NCBI GenBank assembly: GCA_964016885.1
Contig: OZ024742.1
Span: 55,490,001-55,554,000, forward strand
DNA length: 64,000 bases
Origin: Eledone cirrhosa
Lineage: Eukaryota
Reading direction: 5' to 3'
In this document: positions 1-16,089 of the stretch, piece after piece
Layout: each line of letters opens with the position of its first letter
Position numbering within the stretch: position 1 is the first letter of the stretch
The notes under the pieces: generated by a model
Told to the model about the DNA's origin: nothing
Database searches by the model: none
Seen by the model: only the letters and a program-made list of their open reading frames with translations
Position numbers and translations under genes: made by a program

Positions 1-199
1 CGGGAGATTATTAAATATAAAGGTTTACATATACATAAAGTCATAGATATATATTTGTTGCAATCGGTCACTTTTAAGCTCTATGAAGAATTAATAAATT
101 AAATAATCAGAACAATATATCATAAATCATGTCCTTAGAATTATTATATATATATCTATAACTTTATGTATATGTAAACCTTTATATACATATATATAG

Positions 200-1527
<1,328 letters not shown>

Positions 1528-3179
1528 TGATATTTTATGTATATATTTGATTTATAGATTAATATTATTTGAATATATTACTATCAAATGCTTCGTTCAT
1601 TCGCCTTTGTTGTGCGATACCTAGTTATAAATTTCAAAATATTTTAAAGTTTCTCCTTATTAGTTATTATATGTTTTTCCTCTCTTTTCAGACGTTTAAT
1701 GATATACATAAATTAACATTGTTGGGAGTACAATATTTAACATTTGATACTTTCATTTTTGCAGATAATATTTGTTCTGTAAATTAGCTGTGTATTATTT
1801 ACATTTCAGATTTAAGAAACATATTGAGTGCAGACGTTGAGTAGAAAGTCTTATAATTGATAAGAGAAAATAGAACAGGTGTGTTTTTAGTAGAAATGTG
1901 AAGTAGATATTTCAGGTATATTTCAATTATAGGATGTTAATTGTTAAGACGGAACGAAACGTGAAATGAAGCGTATCGCTCCAGAATACAAAACGCAACC
2001 TGGTTGCAGTACCAAGCATGTCCAATACCATAATCACTATTGTTAGTAAGACCGATTATGAAAGATATTCTGTTATGAAATTTGTTCTGGTAACGCTAGA
2101 AAAGTACAGGAAATATGTGAAGTTGACCTGTTGGATGTAAGGTGTCGTTGAGATTTAAGTGACATTTAATTTCGAATTGTACTCTATAGATAAAGTTGTT
2201 CGCCCTCTTCAAACGTCAACCTCAGACCCAGATTGTGCGTGAGAGCTTAATGTCACCACATAATATTTAATAAATTTTATACTAAGGCAAATAAGGATTG
2301 AGGGGAAAGAAATGTTATAGATTATAACCTTTCTGATATTACAATGTGGATATTTGATTGGATTGCATTTATTCCTGAATGTTTGATCTTTATTGCTAAT
2401 AATCCCACATTGAAAGGGAGACCAACATTATTCTCATATCATGAAATAATCAATTCAAGCGAGGTTATATCACCTGTTTTCATCTGAGGATTCTATGATA
2501 TTCATATTTTATAGCAAAGAATTAGTCTTTGCCTTAACAATAGCGAAAAGCAAATCTTTACAATTCTTCAGATTGCTTTTCATCAATGATAGGTTGTGTA
2601 TTTTAAGAGTTGTCCCAATAATTCCTTTCAGAGTAATTTTTCTGCAACTATTCCTCGTTTTGGTGGTTACATTTTCTACGAATTCCAACGTTATTGGATC
2701 AAATATATCATTGAATATTTCAAGTGCTTATTTCGGTGAGAAGCAAAGCGTGTTTAAACATATATTTCACAATAGAAACAACCCTGTGTTATAATGCAAT
2801 TATAATGTTAGAGGTTTTTCAGTTTTTGACATCAGCCTTCCATTTAATTCTAATTTTTGATCTATAAATGATTACATCACCATACATTTAAGACATATAT
2901 TATCGTCTATTGGGATGCTTATTATAGTGTCTAGTGGATTGTAAAACAAATATCAGTAATCATAACGTTCGTATCTACATCTCAAGGAATAATATACATA
3001 ATAATTCAGTTATGGTGTTATCTGTTACTCCTGCTACGTCTAGTCAAGAAACGTTCCATCTATGTTATGCATGTAGATGTAGTTTCTCTGGGCCATTACT
3101 AGACAGACAGATACAATATGGTTTATTGATTCTTTCCAGCCACGTATTCGCCAGCATATATTATATTTTATCTCAATAT

Positions 3180-3300
3180 CTCAGTTCAAATCCCGCCGAG
3201 GTTGACTTTGCCTTTCATCCTTACGGGGTCGATAAAATAAAGTACCAGTAATGCACTGGGTAATTGCTGGCCTTGTGCCTAAAGTAGAGACAATTATATT
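3180..3300 (+). mobile_element. tRNA-derived SINE, 5'-truncated
   Basis: B-box-like GTTCAAATCCC followed by the core GTTRACTTTGCCTTTCATCCTTACGGGGTCGATAAAATAAAGTACCAGT, shared with ~10 copies in the window. Confidence 0.85.
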
Positions 3301-4439
3301 TTATCTCAATATATAAATATTTAATCGTTTTTTATGCAGAATTCTTCCAGTTCACTCTGTTATTTTGTGGACCATATTGCAGCTAGTTTGACTTCATGTA
3401 TTTGCGGTGTACAGGTTTTTATTGACATCATTTAAATTATAAAGGTGTGAAGAAGGATATTTAATTTAGGGTTTAGCTTTTTCCACAATTTATGTTGTTT
3501 TTCTCTCCGCCTATAACTATCTGTCACCTAAAATCCTGCTTCTTAAATAAGCATTTGCTTCAAGATACAAAGAAAACTACTTCTTATTTTGCTTTCTCGG
3601 ATACATGTAACTATTTGTATTAGACATCTGTTCCTGTTTACTAATTATGTTTACATTTCCACATGAATATTTTATAAAATAGTAAATATATCTATGTCAT
3701 ATTTTGGGTTCGATATTCTAAATACACTCATTATTCTTGTTCTTGTTTATAAGTGAATAGCTAATTTCATTCTATTTGTATTTTACGAATTATCTTCACG
3801 GAGAAAGACAATAAAATCTCTTAGGATTTCTACAAAGAAATCTGTATAGAAAAATAATAAATTGAATCAAATAAAATAGTCAAGAATTATACGTTTTATT
3901 TATAACAACAGTCGATATATAGCGATGAATATTTTAGGGGGAAGAGAATAGGTATATTGATTTTTACTATTAACAGGAATATAATAGATAAATTGATATA
4001 ATCGAAAGTTCACTAGGTTTAGTTAAAATGTGCCTTCAAGAGTTTTAAAAGATAAGTGAAGAATAGTTTATAAATAGCAAATGCATTTTATAAGCAACAA
4101 TAAAAATAATAGTCATCGGCAATAAAAAATAACATTTTAAAATAATTTATCTGAGGAGATTGTAAATTTGATCAATTATAAAACCTTAAGTAAACGAATT
4201 TTGCTTCACTTGTCAGTGCCCTCTAAATGCATATTATATTTTGATTCGATGGTATTAAAAACGAAATCCATGTGATATACGGAAAACTATGGTGTTAAAT
4301 TTAATAAATTCGCCATTGTAAACATTAGGAACCTACTTACTGTATGTGTAAACTGTATTCAACTAAACATGTTCTGCCCGAGGAGAGTTTCATTTCAAGT
4401 TAAATATGTTATGACAGATGAAACAATGTTGCAATTTCC

Positions 4440-5900
4440 ATAGCTACTTATATTCTGCATCCTCTACATATTTCCTACACTGACCATAGACCAACATAAT
4501 ACCATCAGTTACTATTACATTTCTCTTCTTCATTATCAGCATTTCAAGAGCAATTCCTTTATCACAATTGAATACGTGTGCTATGTTGACAAATGATTCA
4601 ATCTGATCTTGGTTTTGTTCCAAACGGCTTAGCATCATCCATAAAGAGTAGATGAATGAACTTTACTCTCTTTCCATCCATTCTATAACCCAAAGCTCCA
4701 AATAGATTCATGCATTCTGTAATCCAAAATGTGGGTACTATGTGGTACGCCTTTTTATAATCTAACGAATCCATTGCTAAGTTCATACGTCTCCTACAAT
4801 CTTTCAGTATCAATTTGTAAATTAATAGGTGATAGTTTGTTTCTCTCTGTCCTTCTTACACCCTTCCTGTTCACCGAGTATTATTTCTTCTCTATGAAGA
4901 AATATACATACCTTCAACCACAACGTATGTTATCAATTTTAACATTAGTGGAAGGCAAGATATTGAGCGAATATTTTCTACAGCATTTCCCCTAGCTCGG
5001 TCTTTCAAACATAAAGCATTTCCTCCTCTTGTTATCCAATAGGTAACAATTCATTTCAATCACAATTCTAATGTGCAAAGAAGTTAGCTTCTTCAGCCAG
5101 AGACCTTGAACTCTGTCAGGGATTGGGGGCCTTCCAGTTGGTCATTTTCCTGCATTCTGATTCCACTATTCGTCTTGTAATTTTGATGTCTTGTATGCTA
5201 TACCTTGTTTGTTTGAGGTTCTTCAGCCAATAAGCTTCATTATTATCTTTTTTTTTTCTCCACACACCATATACCATTCCAAACCGTGTTGCTACATTTA
5301 CGTTGGGGATGAGTTCATATCTCATCGCATCACTTAATTCTTGATAGAACGTTTTCTGCTCGACGTTAAATGTTCTATTTAATCTGTATCTCTTTATACG
5401 TTGCACATATATTTGGATTTCTGCAGAGATTGCAATCTTTCCTTGTCGGAATTCTTCCAAAATTGTTTCTTCTTTTCAATATCTCATTAATTCCAACTTT
5501 TATTATACGTCCCCTACTTTCTCTCTCCAGAATCTACCAACGTTGTTTATCCTCATTAACAATCAGTTTACAGTGTAAACATCTGCACTATTTCATTAAC
5601 ATTCTCGTCTTTCTATCCAACTCTGCTATTTCATATGTATTCTATACGAAAATGTAAGCACTATATTTAATCACCTCAACTGCCCAGATATTCTTTGCAG
5701 TGATTAGATTTCTCACAATAACGTTGGATTTTAAAATCATTTTTACTCTTTTTGAATATGTCTCCCTAATCTTTTCTTTCATTTCTGCACGTAAAATATC
5801 ATCCCTTTCTAAAATCCCGAGATACTTGTATCAACTATCTTCCGGTTCCCCTACGGTTTCTCGCGATGGCATCCTTCCACCAAATACTGCTTCTTCTTTC
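4440..5900 (-). pseudogene. Decayed R4/Dong-type non-LTR retrotransposon RT region
   Basis: Fragments read RYRLNRTF..QKTFYQEL, NWKAP, DYKKAYHIVP..WI and HLLFMDD, with many stops and frameshifts. Confidence 0.8.
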
Positions 5901-5919
5901 TTTTCATGAAGAGCACAGA

Positions 5920-7800
5920 ACATTTGAAAATCATAAATGTTATCATACCGATATAAATGGTGGTCTGATTTAACCAAATAATCTATCTGAAGACTTCCCA
6001 AACAGTTTCAGGTCATCCATAAACCGAAGATGATCTATGACATTGATAATCCATTTTAACTTTCTTAAGTGTCAATGTTATGCAATGAGAAATAATAATC
6101 GTGAAAATGAGTCACCTTTTAATTTCTACTTCTCTAAAGAATACACTGCTCCAGTACAGCATATTCTTCCACTCTACCATACTATTCAGAAAAGAAATGA
6201 GATGTTGTCAGCAACACCAAACATCTGCAGGCATTCCATACACCAAGAATGAGGCACAATATCATAGGCTTTCTTAAAGTTAATCCTGGTCACAATCATG
6301 TTGGAATTGTTTTTTAAAATACTTCAAAACTGTCTTATCAATCAACAGGTGATATTTGGTACGCATTAGGATGATGATGATAGTGATAATGATGATGAAG
6401 AAGAAGAAGAAGAAGAAGAAGAAGAAGAAGAAGAAGAAGAAGAAGAAGAAGAAGAAGAAGAAGAAGAAGAAGAAGAAGAAGAAGAAGAAGAAGAAGAAGA
6501 AGAAGAGTCTATGCCTCTTCCGCAAATATCCCAGTAAATAGTTTCCATATGTTCTTGCATGCTATATGACGGTATTTTCCCACAACATCCCCTTACTTTT
6601 ATCTGTTATTGAACGCGTTGTTCTTCCCGTTAACATCCAATACATTGATTCCACTGAGTTGCCTGTATTTCATGTCATATTTTCCACGAGTTTCTTCCCA
6701 TCACTCGTGATTATAGTAATGTCTAATGCCTCGTCATTCTATATTGATGGTTTCTATCCACACGGCATCCCTTCTATGCATGACAGTGTTTCACCATATC
6801 CCATTCCGGAACTCATTACCCTAGTCAGCATTAGGAAAAGCATGTTTCTCATTGTTTCCTTCTAAAGTGCTGAAGAATTGTTTTGTCTTATTTTGGAACA
6901 ATCTATTTTCTGCGAACTGCATATGTTTTCATGGTTTCGCTTCACGAGAAAATCCTGTTTTATTTATTCCATTACTGCATAACATCCATTATTCCGTAGT
7001 GTATACTTCTTGTCTAATGTGTGTTCATCGTTTTTGTTTCCGTTTTTTTCATTTTCCCCTAAGACATCTCTCAATTTTAATTAGATCTTGTATTAACCGT
7101 ATCATGCAACATTCAATGCGACGTTTCCGTCATAGCCTTGTTACCTTACTTTGCTTTCTTTTCAGCATTTGTAATTTCTTATGAACTAGTTGTGCAATAG
7201 TTTGAATAAAGCGCCTCATTTGTGTCATGTCTTTTGTCTGGATATGTGGTATGATACCTTTTTGTAACTTCATTCATATTACTCCTATCTAGTCTTCTAA
7301 AAATCATTGGGTTTTACCTTCAGGTTCATTCATCAACTTCATAATCCCTCTTTGAAATGCAAGCATTGGTTTCCCTCCTCTACTATAGCCATTCTAACCA
7401 GTACTATAGTTCACTCTATAACGTTTCTCTTCGGGAGCTCTAACAGTCTCATCATAATTTCCCTGTTCATATTCTTTAATTCCATTTCTGATTTCAACTG
7501 TAGAAACGGTTTCAGTGTCTACTCTAATCTCCCTTTATTGCTCATCTGCAGGTTGCCTGATACTTTCACTAATTCGTGATATTTTTACCAGCCTTTCTTC
7601 TGTCGATCCTCATCTGGTTCATTAATTTGATTTCTGACATTGAAAAACATGTCTTTTTCCACCCCAAAGTCAAAAGTACATTGCACTACTCCACGGTTTT
7701 TTTCATGACATTCAATGAGTGTAACGTACTATTCCTTCATCCATTTGTGTCTAACTGAGCGCACATTTTAGTGTAGTCTGTTGCTTGTAAACTGCTGTCC
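5920..7800 (-). pseudogene. Second decayed R4/Dong-type RT region, interrupted by a (GAA)n tract
   Basis: Minus-strand fragments ENRLFQNKTKQFFSTL, YRHIACKNIWKLFTGIFAEE, TKYHLLIDKTVLK, NFKKAYDIVPHSW and HLRFMDDLKLFG. Confidence 0.8.
6397..6506 (+). repeat. (GAA)n microsatellite
   Basis: Perfect trinucleotide run of ~110 bp. Confidence 0.98.
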
Positions 7801-7984
7801 TCTGTGAAGGAGGGCTCCAAATATGTAAGGCGAGAGATCTTCACCCTAATTAGTTTCAGCTTCACTCACGTGGTTAATTATTTCATTATTGTTTTGCATC
7901 TTGACTCCACGAGAGTGGTTTGTGGAGTTTTCCTTCCACGGAAGTTTTTATTCCGACAACATCTTTACATAACATGCCTTGCCA

Positions 7985-8145
7985 AAGTATAGAGTGTCTG
8001 AAGCATAGAGTTTCGCCCCTTTCCATTCTGAGTTCAAATCCCGCCGAGGTTAACTTTGCCTTTCATCCTTACGGGGTCGATAAAATAAAGTACCAGTATT
8101 GCACTGGGTAATTGCTTGCCTTGTGCCAAAAGTAGAAACAATTAT
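7985..8145 (+). mobile_element. tRNA-derived SINE
   Basis: Same core as 3180-3300. Confidence 0.85.
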
Positions 8146-9067
8146 GATTATTATCGTTATCAATATTAAATTATCATAGTTACCATTGCTTTTATTATTC
8201 TTTTGTACATGTTTCCAGTGTTGTGTATATTTTGTTGTTACTGTCGCTGATGTGGCTGCTGCTGTTACTGTTGCTGTTGCTACCTTTTTTTACTATTATC
8301 GTTTTCATCAATGTTGTTACTACTGTTGTGATAATTGATGTTGTTTTTGCTGTTAATGTTTTCTGTTGTCGTAGTGGTGGTGGCTGTTCAGTTGTAGTTG
8401 TTACTCGACTAAATATCGCTAGTTGTAGTAGCAACAGTTTATCCAGGAGGTTTTTTCGGGGATGGAGTAGTGGTGGTTGGGGAGTAATGGTGGTGGTGGT
8501 GAGAGATTAATGTTGGGGTGGAGATTGTGTAGACGTTATTGTTGATTATGTGTTTTAACATGGATAAGTTTTGTATCCAAAACAACGAGGTGTTATGTTA
8601 CGTTTGTTTTTGTCTGTGATATGTTATCTATCCATACAGCTAATTTCAATCTGTTATTGCTACTAGCATCTCGTAGAAAAGTTCCCACTTTCTTCTCAAA
8701 TTTTAACCTGGCCTTTTAAAATTTATTTTCGGGCAGTTAGAATAAAATAAAATTTCGAACAGCAGTCAAGATTCTATCCTATATGCTACAAAATATGTGA
8801 CATTTACAGACCTTGTCTGGGAACTTACGGAAACCAGTAATGCCATATTTGGCCGATCGCGGTCGATGTAAATATGAAAATAAATAAAAAATCTATCCCC
8901 GAATGAATCAGCGTCTCTAGTTCCTCTATTATTATTTTTGTGGTTAATAAAGAAAGCATTATTATTTGTTTTCCATTTATCTTGCTTTATATTCATATGA
9001 GTTATCACCTAGTCACAACCAGTGACCTCAAGAAAGAACACATACATGCACATGTATCTTTAGGTGT

Positions 9068-9640
9068 TTAGACTTGTGATGTTGACAGAATCTTCCTTAG
9101 TATAGGAGCAATTCCCATTAGTATTATCTTTTGTATTTCTTCTATACGCGGGTTTCCTGGGATTTGGGATAAGTAATCATTAGATGCTTTATGTATCATT
9201 CCTAGAGCGCCTACAACCACTGGTATTGTTTTAGTTCTCAACTTCCACATTTTTCCAATCTCTATCTCCAGGTTTTCATATTTGCTCAAATTTTCAAAGG
9301 TTTTATAGTTACATTCTTGTCTTTAGGAACGGTCATGTCAAATAGCAGGCATACCCTCTTTATAAAGTCCTTCGGCATTATATCAGGTCTATTTGCATCT
9401 GTTTTCAGTCTGTTTGGATGCTGAAGTTCCACAAGATTGAGATGTGATATTTTTCAAGTACGGGAGGTGGTTAATGCTCCCATTAATTATTTTAATGGAG
9501 CAGGTCAAAATGCTTACACATTACCCAATGTATATATTGTGCAGCTCTGTCGTGCTTAGGTATTCGGTTGGAGCTATAGGACTGCACATTCAAATTATAT
9601 GATCAATGGTCTATGGTTATTTTTCCACACACGGCACATT
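9068..9640 (-). pseudogene. R4/Dong-type LINE 3' fragment (zinc knuckle remnant + restriction-like endonuclease)
   Basis: NRPDI, LFDMTVP and KYENLEIEIGKMWKLRTKTIPVVVGALG. Ends next to an (ATT)n tract at ~9638-9655. Confidence 0.85.
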
Positions 9641-10627
9641 ATTATTATTATTATTAATACTATTTGTTTGTCCCATTTTTGTTACATGTATTTACTGAAC
9701 TACCGTCTTATCAACAATACGTTATAAATTGAAGTAGCTGCTAAAATTGATCTACACATGAAACAAGTTGACCGTAAAAACAATTGTAAGTGCCCACCTA
9801 CATTTTGATTATCAACGCATTCCAGTATCTGGAAGTCAAACATATATACTATAAAAATAACTCTAACCTAAATAATCAAATCCACTATGACTGGAGAAGA
9901 GATACAACTATATGATCAGGTTTTCACCAAAAGATATATTCAAAAGAATACTGAGAATTCCTTTATAATATATGAAAATAATACCTCTGCTGTGTACTTT
10001 ATGAAACAATATAAGGCACTGTGTCGCAAAGACTTACAATTGATGAGACTACATATACTGGAAGGTATATTAATGCATTAACTTTCTCTACATGCGGCTG
10101 CTTGCTTAAGTTTAATTGCCTCGAGAAATAGATTTCTGGTAATCTTTAAAATGTTATTGTGATGTTGGACATGAAAATATGACAATTTATGGAAACTTAA
10201 CATACATATAAATCATTAGATTACGCATAATACTTCTGACGTCACGTTTCGCTACATATGTTCTCCATAGCGAAGACTCATTGGTATAATCTTGTAGGAA
10301 AGCAGACTGAGAAGCGAAAGATTTCAGCATACCAGATGTTGAATTAAAAACGATAAATTGCAGGTGAAATTCTTTCAGAAATCCAAATTGCACCTGGCAC
10401 AACTGCAGACATACATAATCCTCTCCATGTCCTAATAGATTAACTATTAGGAGAGACTTGGGGAATATTATTATTCGTATGCATAGATTTTGTTAGGGCA
10501 TTCTGACACATCGGCTTTAATCTTCAGCATGTTATGCATGGTTCTCAAGATGCATCTATATGAATTTGAAGAAACGAAGTAAAAGAATGCGTTGGAATAT
10601 ATATTTAAATAATTGGTTATACGGGTA

Positions 10628-10815
10628 ATAATTGTTTCTACTTTTGGCACAAGGCCAGCAATTACCCAGTGTATTACTAGTACTTTATTTTATCGACCCC
10701 GTAAGGATGAAAGGCAAAGTTAAGCTAGGCGGGATTTGAACTCAGAATAGCAAGGGCCGTAACTCTATGCGTCAAAGCATGGCGTCCGACCCTCTACCGA
10801 AACTGCCAATCCACA
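10628..10815 (-). mobile_element. tRNA-derived SINE, near full length
   Basis: Reverse complement of GGATTGGCAG...GTTCAAATCCC...core. Confidence 0.88.
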
Positions 10816-11859
10816 GATAATAATCAAGTGCTAACTTATCAATAAAAGGCATTCAATTAACAAAAATTTGAAATATTTCTACAATCTAGTGTCAGTGTTG
10901 AAGCCGGTATATCTCATCTAATTAATTATCTTCTAACAAAAGAGGGATTTTCAAAGTTTAGAATTATACCTCACATTATACCTCACAATAATATGCCCTT
11001 TTCATTCCATTTAATAGAATAATGCCTATATTAATCAAATTTCTTCTTCTTTTTTATATTAATTATATGTAGAGACGAAATCCAGAAGCTCTGCATTGCA
11101 AGCGGCTTCAAATATATATTCTAAATACAGAACCACCTGTTTAATATTTATTGCGCTGCTAGTATAACAAAAATACTGGCAAAAATACTGGCAATAAAAA
11201 TAGAAGAGAAAACAAGCAAATTTCCCTATACATTCTCGTATAGGTGAACATGATCAATGTGCTTGTGCATATACATATGTGTATGTGTGTGTGCGTATGT
11301 ATATATATATACATATATGTGTGTGGGTGTGTGGGTATGTGTTTGTGTGTATGTGTGTGTTTGTGTGTATGTGTGTGTGCATGTGCGTGTGTCTGTGCAG
11401 ATATGTAGTTGCATATAATTCAGTTAAGTTCCGATGTACTAAGTGACATATCTACGTTTTTATTAGTCTGAGAAATGGAAATATCCTAGTGGGAATTGTA
11501 AACGATTGAAAAAAGAAAATTTATTTCCAAGAAATTTCGAATTGTTTTCACTGTAAATCTAATTTAATTACTCATGGGGGAGATCTTATCTTGGTTACTA
11601 GACGTCGTAACAACTACAAACATAAAACAATACATTTTAATCTTATTATACTTCAAACGAGACACATAATTTCCAAAGCGTATTTAGTGGGGGCATTTTA
11701 ACAGTTAAAACATTGGTTCACGTTGATTTTGGCCAGGGAAAACTTTTCAGTTACAAACGAGTATCAGTACCGGATATTTTATCTTCATATGCAGATCAAT
11801 TGCACCAACATTATACTTTTAAGGAGAGTTGTAAAAAACAAATGATACCTGTCATACTA

Positions 11860-13310
11860 TACAGAAAATATAGACACTGACAATTAAGAAGCGATCTCCG
11901 TATAAAATTTATAAAGAAAACTATCCCGCTCTAAACATGAATAGGACTAGACTCTCGTCCCACCATACTACAACCTACCATGAATTAAACTAGAAAAAAA
12001 TTAACATAAAGGATGCAGAACTACAATAGAAATATTACATAGAAACTAAAAAAATAGAAATATGTTCGGAAGCTGATTCATGAAAATAAACATATCACGA
12101 TCATCGCAAGGAAAGTAAAAACTAAAACGTCTTCACAATGCTGACCAACAGAATACAAAGAAATGCAATCTTATGTAAAAAATCAAAAAAATCTAAAGCT
12201 CAACGATGAAATGCAAAGTTGTGTATTGTAGATTTAAAGAAATGTCAATATCGAAAATTTAAAGTGAAATAATATGTTTAGTTAATAATATGTACGGTAA
12301 GTGTATGCATGCAGGAATATCACACCAAAATATTAAACAAAACCGCGTGCATATATGCAACTTCACCGAAATCAAAAACGGAATCAAACAACTGCAAACT
12401 GCACGACGAATTGAATTCCGTACATATATATTATACAACACAAAGAAATTACCGAAATCAATAAACTACTAAAACAAAGTACGTAGCATAAACGCACACG
12501 AAACATTATTTGAACAAGGCCAACACCGAATTTAGCAAAGGCTAGGTGAAATCAATGTAACTCCACTCGAAAGAGACGTAAAAGTGTATTGGGGAAGTGA
12601 ATATACAGCAAGAAAATCACGGTTTGCAAGATTATTAAAAGCAATAAATACAATTACAGACATCTTAAAAATTCTTAATTGAAAAATATCGCGAAAGATA
12701 AATAAATTGAATATCTCGAGAAAACCAGTGAGATTCTAAAATACGAAACGACTGGCATGAACGATTACTGTTGAAACAATTCATGCAACATGATTGGGAA
12801 TTTAAGTCATTTCTGAATTAGTGGCAATAATAACAGTCTGCATAAATAAAAGATATGGGGGAAATGAGAAACGATTCTGCTGATAAAGATAAAATGAAAA
12901 TGTTAAAAACGATATGTGGAACTATAATAGAAAAGAAAAATTCGAAGGGAACTAACATTGTTCATTTCTAGATTTCCTGGGATTATCACACAGTCAGCAA
13001 GTTAAAACAGATTGACGTGGAATACAAATGCTATTGTAGAACAATCAAGAAAATTAGACATGGATTAGTGAAATGCGTGAATGCAATCTAATGGAGAGAA
13101 ATATATATTATCCCAAATAATAACAGTGGAAATAAAGGAAAATAAATGATACGATACATAAATCTATCACACGATTTCGATTACTTATAAATCAATAAAT
13201 TAGATAAAATACAGCACACGCAAACGAAAGATAATATCAGATTAATACTTAAGACGGAGATAAACGCAAGAAATGAGATGATGAATATCAATACTCTAGC
13301 TTTACCTGTC
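11860..13310 (+). pseudogene. Heavily decayed R4/Dong-like LINE remnant
   Basis: A-rich coding-like sequence with scattered motifs (LFEQGQHR..RLG, KVYWGS, INTLALPV). No long ORF. Confidence 0.45.
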
Positions 13311-13597
13311 AAATTTCTGTACTTATGACAAAATATGTGTGTTCCTACGGATCTGAATGTATCGTTTTATCTACCAGTGCCTGTCTATATGTATCCGTCT
13401 ACACATGTCTATACATATACAAAGATTTTTCATTTCACAATAATATTTGTCTTGAAATAATCTGCGTAGTTTGACCTAAACAAATCTTCGTGTAGTTAAG
13501 AGTATTTAATTTTCATTATGCCCACCTAGTTAATTGTCAAAAGGTATTACTGTAATACATACACACCCACATATCTATCTATCTGTCTGTCTGTCTC

Positions 13598-13669
<72 letters not shown>

Positions 13670-14399
13670 ATATATATATATTTATTTGAAAATATATATA
13701 TATATATATATATATATTTGAAAAAAAGGAAAAGAATGACTTCACATGTAGTGTTAAAAAATGTTTGATTTAATTTTATATTATAATATTATGAGTTGGT
13801 AGATCCAGTAAGTTCTTTGTTAACTTCGGTGGGAAGAATTTTAGTGATTCCTGGTTAACTTGGGTTGGAGAACTTTCTCGTATTCGTCTGTCTGTGGCGA
13901 TTGTCAAACTGAGATCAGGTTGTGTTGAAATGTGTGACTATATATAAGAGAGAGATTTGGATGAGTGTTGATGATGATGCAGGTCCGGAGGAATTAGAGC
14001 ATACATACATACACACACACACTCATGCCACACACACATATATATACACAATCAGAAAATGGTTAGGTTGTAAGATAAGGGTGTTTGAGAAGGTGGTTGT
14101 AAACATACTCTACAGCTGGTTTTATTTCATTATCTGACATTTGATGAGTATATAATGGCTTAGCCGAATCAACTCTTCAAATCCATAATGAATATCTTCT
14201 ACAAATTTCTATATCAAAGATGAATTTAGGTGCTTGTCGCGGTTTTAATGTGGTGTAAGATACATGTCTTTTGATACGAATGGGATCGCAGGAAAGATGT
14301 GTTGTTGATATTGGTTTGGGAGAGGAAGTGTGGGGTGGACATGCTGGCTCACATATTCACTTCCCTATATGTAAATATATCTACATACAAAGACATATC

Positions 14400-14552
14400 A
14401 ACACATGCATACATATATATATATATATATACACATACATACACATACACACCCATATATATATATACATATATATACACATACACATAAATACACACAC
14501 AACACCGACACACACATTTTATATATGTTTTACACACATATATACACATACC

Positions 14553-14593
<41 letters not shown>

Positions 14594-15240
14594 TACACAC
14601 GCATACATATATATATAGACACACATATATATATATATCATATACACATACACATACACACTAAACATACATATATATTATACATATCTTGTATATACAC
14701 AATATATATCCCATACATATATCACATATATGTCCAACACATATATCATATACATCCTATATATATACTATACATATCCTACATACATATTATATATATC
14801 TCCCACATATATACACACACACACATATATATATATATATATCTCCCATACACACACAAATATTTTATACATACATATACACACATATATACACACACAT
14901 ATATACATACACACATATACATATATATATATATTCCACACATTTTATATACACATACATACATATACATATATATTCCATATATATACATTTTATACCC
15001 CTACATATATATATGTTTGTTTACATATACGTATATATATATATACTCTACATATATATACATATAAATATATTATACACATATCCACACATACGTATAC
15101 ACATACACATACATATACATAAACATATCTATCTCACACATACTCACGTGCATACATTCACACATACATATATATACACACACACACATATGCACACATA
15201 CACTTAAACATGTACACATATATATGTATATCTACAGACA
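14400..15240. repeat. Degenerate compound (TA)n/(CA)n microsatellite
   Basis: ~800 bp of alternating purine-pyrimidine low-complexity sequence. Confidence 0.95.
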
Positions 15241-15479
15241 CATATAAAAAAACACATCTATACATACACATCCACTCAAATGATTAAGTTCATATATACA
15301 TTGGTGTGGCGAAGGGGAAATTAATGAAAAGTTATTGTACCTCTGAGGGTTTTTCTTCTCTTCAGCGATCGAATGTTTGAAAGTACGGGTGTCATCAACT
15401 ATTTTTCTTTTCCAATATGAGATTTTTTTCAAGAAAAGAGAGGGGAAGAATCCCGTTGCTTGAAAATGGAATATCACTT

Positions 15480-15780
15480 TTTTGTGTTCAGTAGTGGTTT
15501 TTATTTTCTAATAAAGAATTCTTCTTTATATTTTCGGAAGTGTTCGTTGTCCGACCATATCTTAAAGAAGGATAAACTTGTGAAATTTCCCTTTCCGCAT
15601 GTTACGAAGTATTCACTGCATGTGGTGTTTCTGACAGAGGGGTCTCTAATTTGTTCTTTATGTACTCGAACTCTGTCATGTAGACCCGTTCCGGTTTCAC
15701 CAATGTAGTATGCTTTACATTGTGGGCAGGTTGCACAGTAAATCAAATTTTTTGTTTTGCAATTCATGCTTGCATTAACT
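15480..15780 (-). pseudogene. PLE GIY-YIG endonuclease fragment (Neptune-like)
   Basis: CKTKNLIYCATCPQCKAYYIGETG..RVRVH ... EEFFI: a CxxC-containing GIY-YIG of PLE type. Confidence 0.85.
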
Positions 15781-15951
15781 GTGAAGGACTGGTTGTTTTT
15801 GAAGGAGATTTGTCCTCCCTCTTCAATGAATTCGCAAGTTCCGCATCGAGGGTTCTCAATGAAATATGTATTATGGTTTTATTAATAAAGAAATCTTTAA
15901 CATATATTTCGTATATATACCAGTATATCAGTATATATATATATATATATG

Positions 15952-16069
<118 letters not shown>

Positions 16070-16089
16070 GAAAAAGAGATGAAATCGAA

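Noticed and set aside
1680-1920. Cluster of polypyrimidine-CAG acceptor-like sites and GT donors
   Set aside because: No supporting ORF, so exons cannot be called without transcript data.
9850-10500. Short ORFs in non-repetitive sequence as possible host exons
   Set aside because: No recognisable homology or convincing splice structure.
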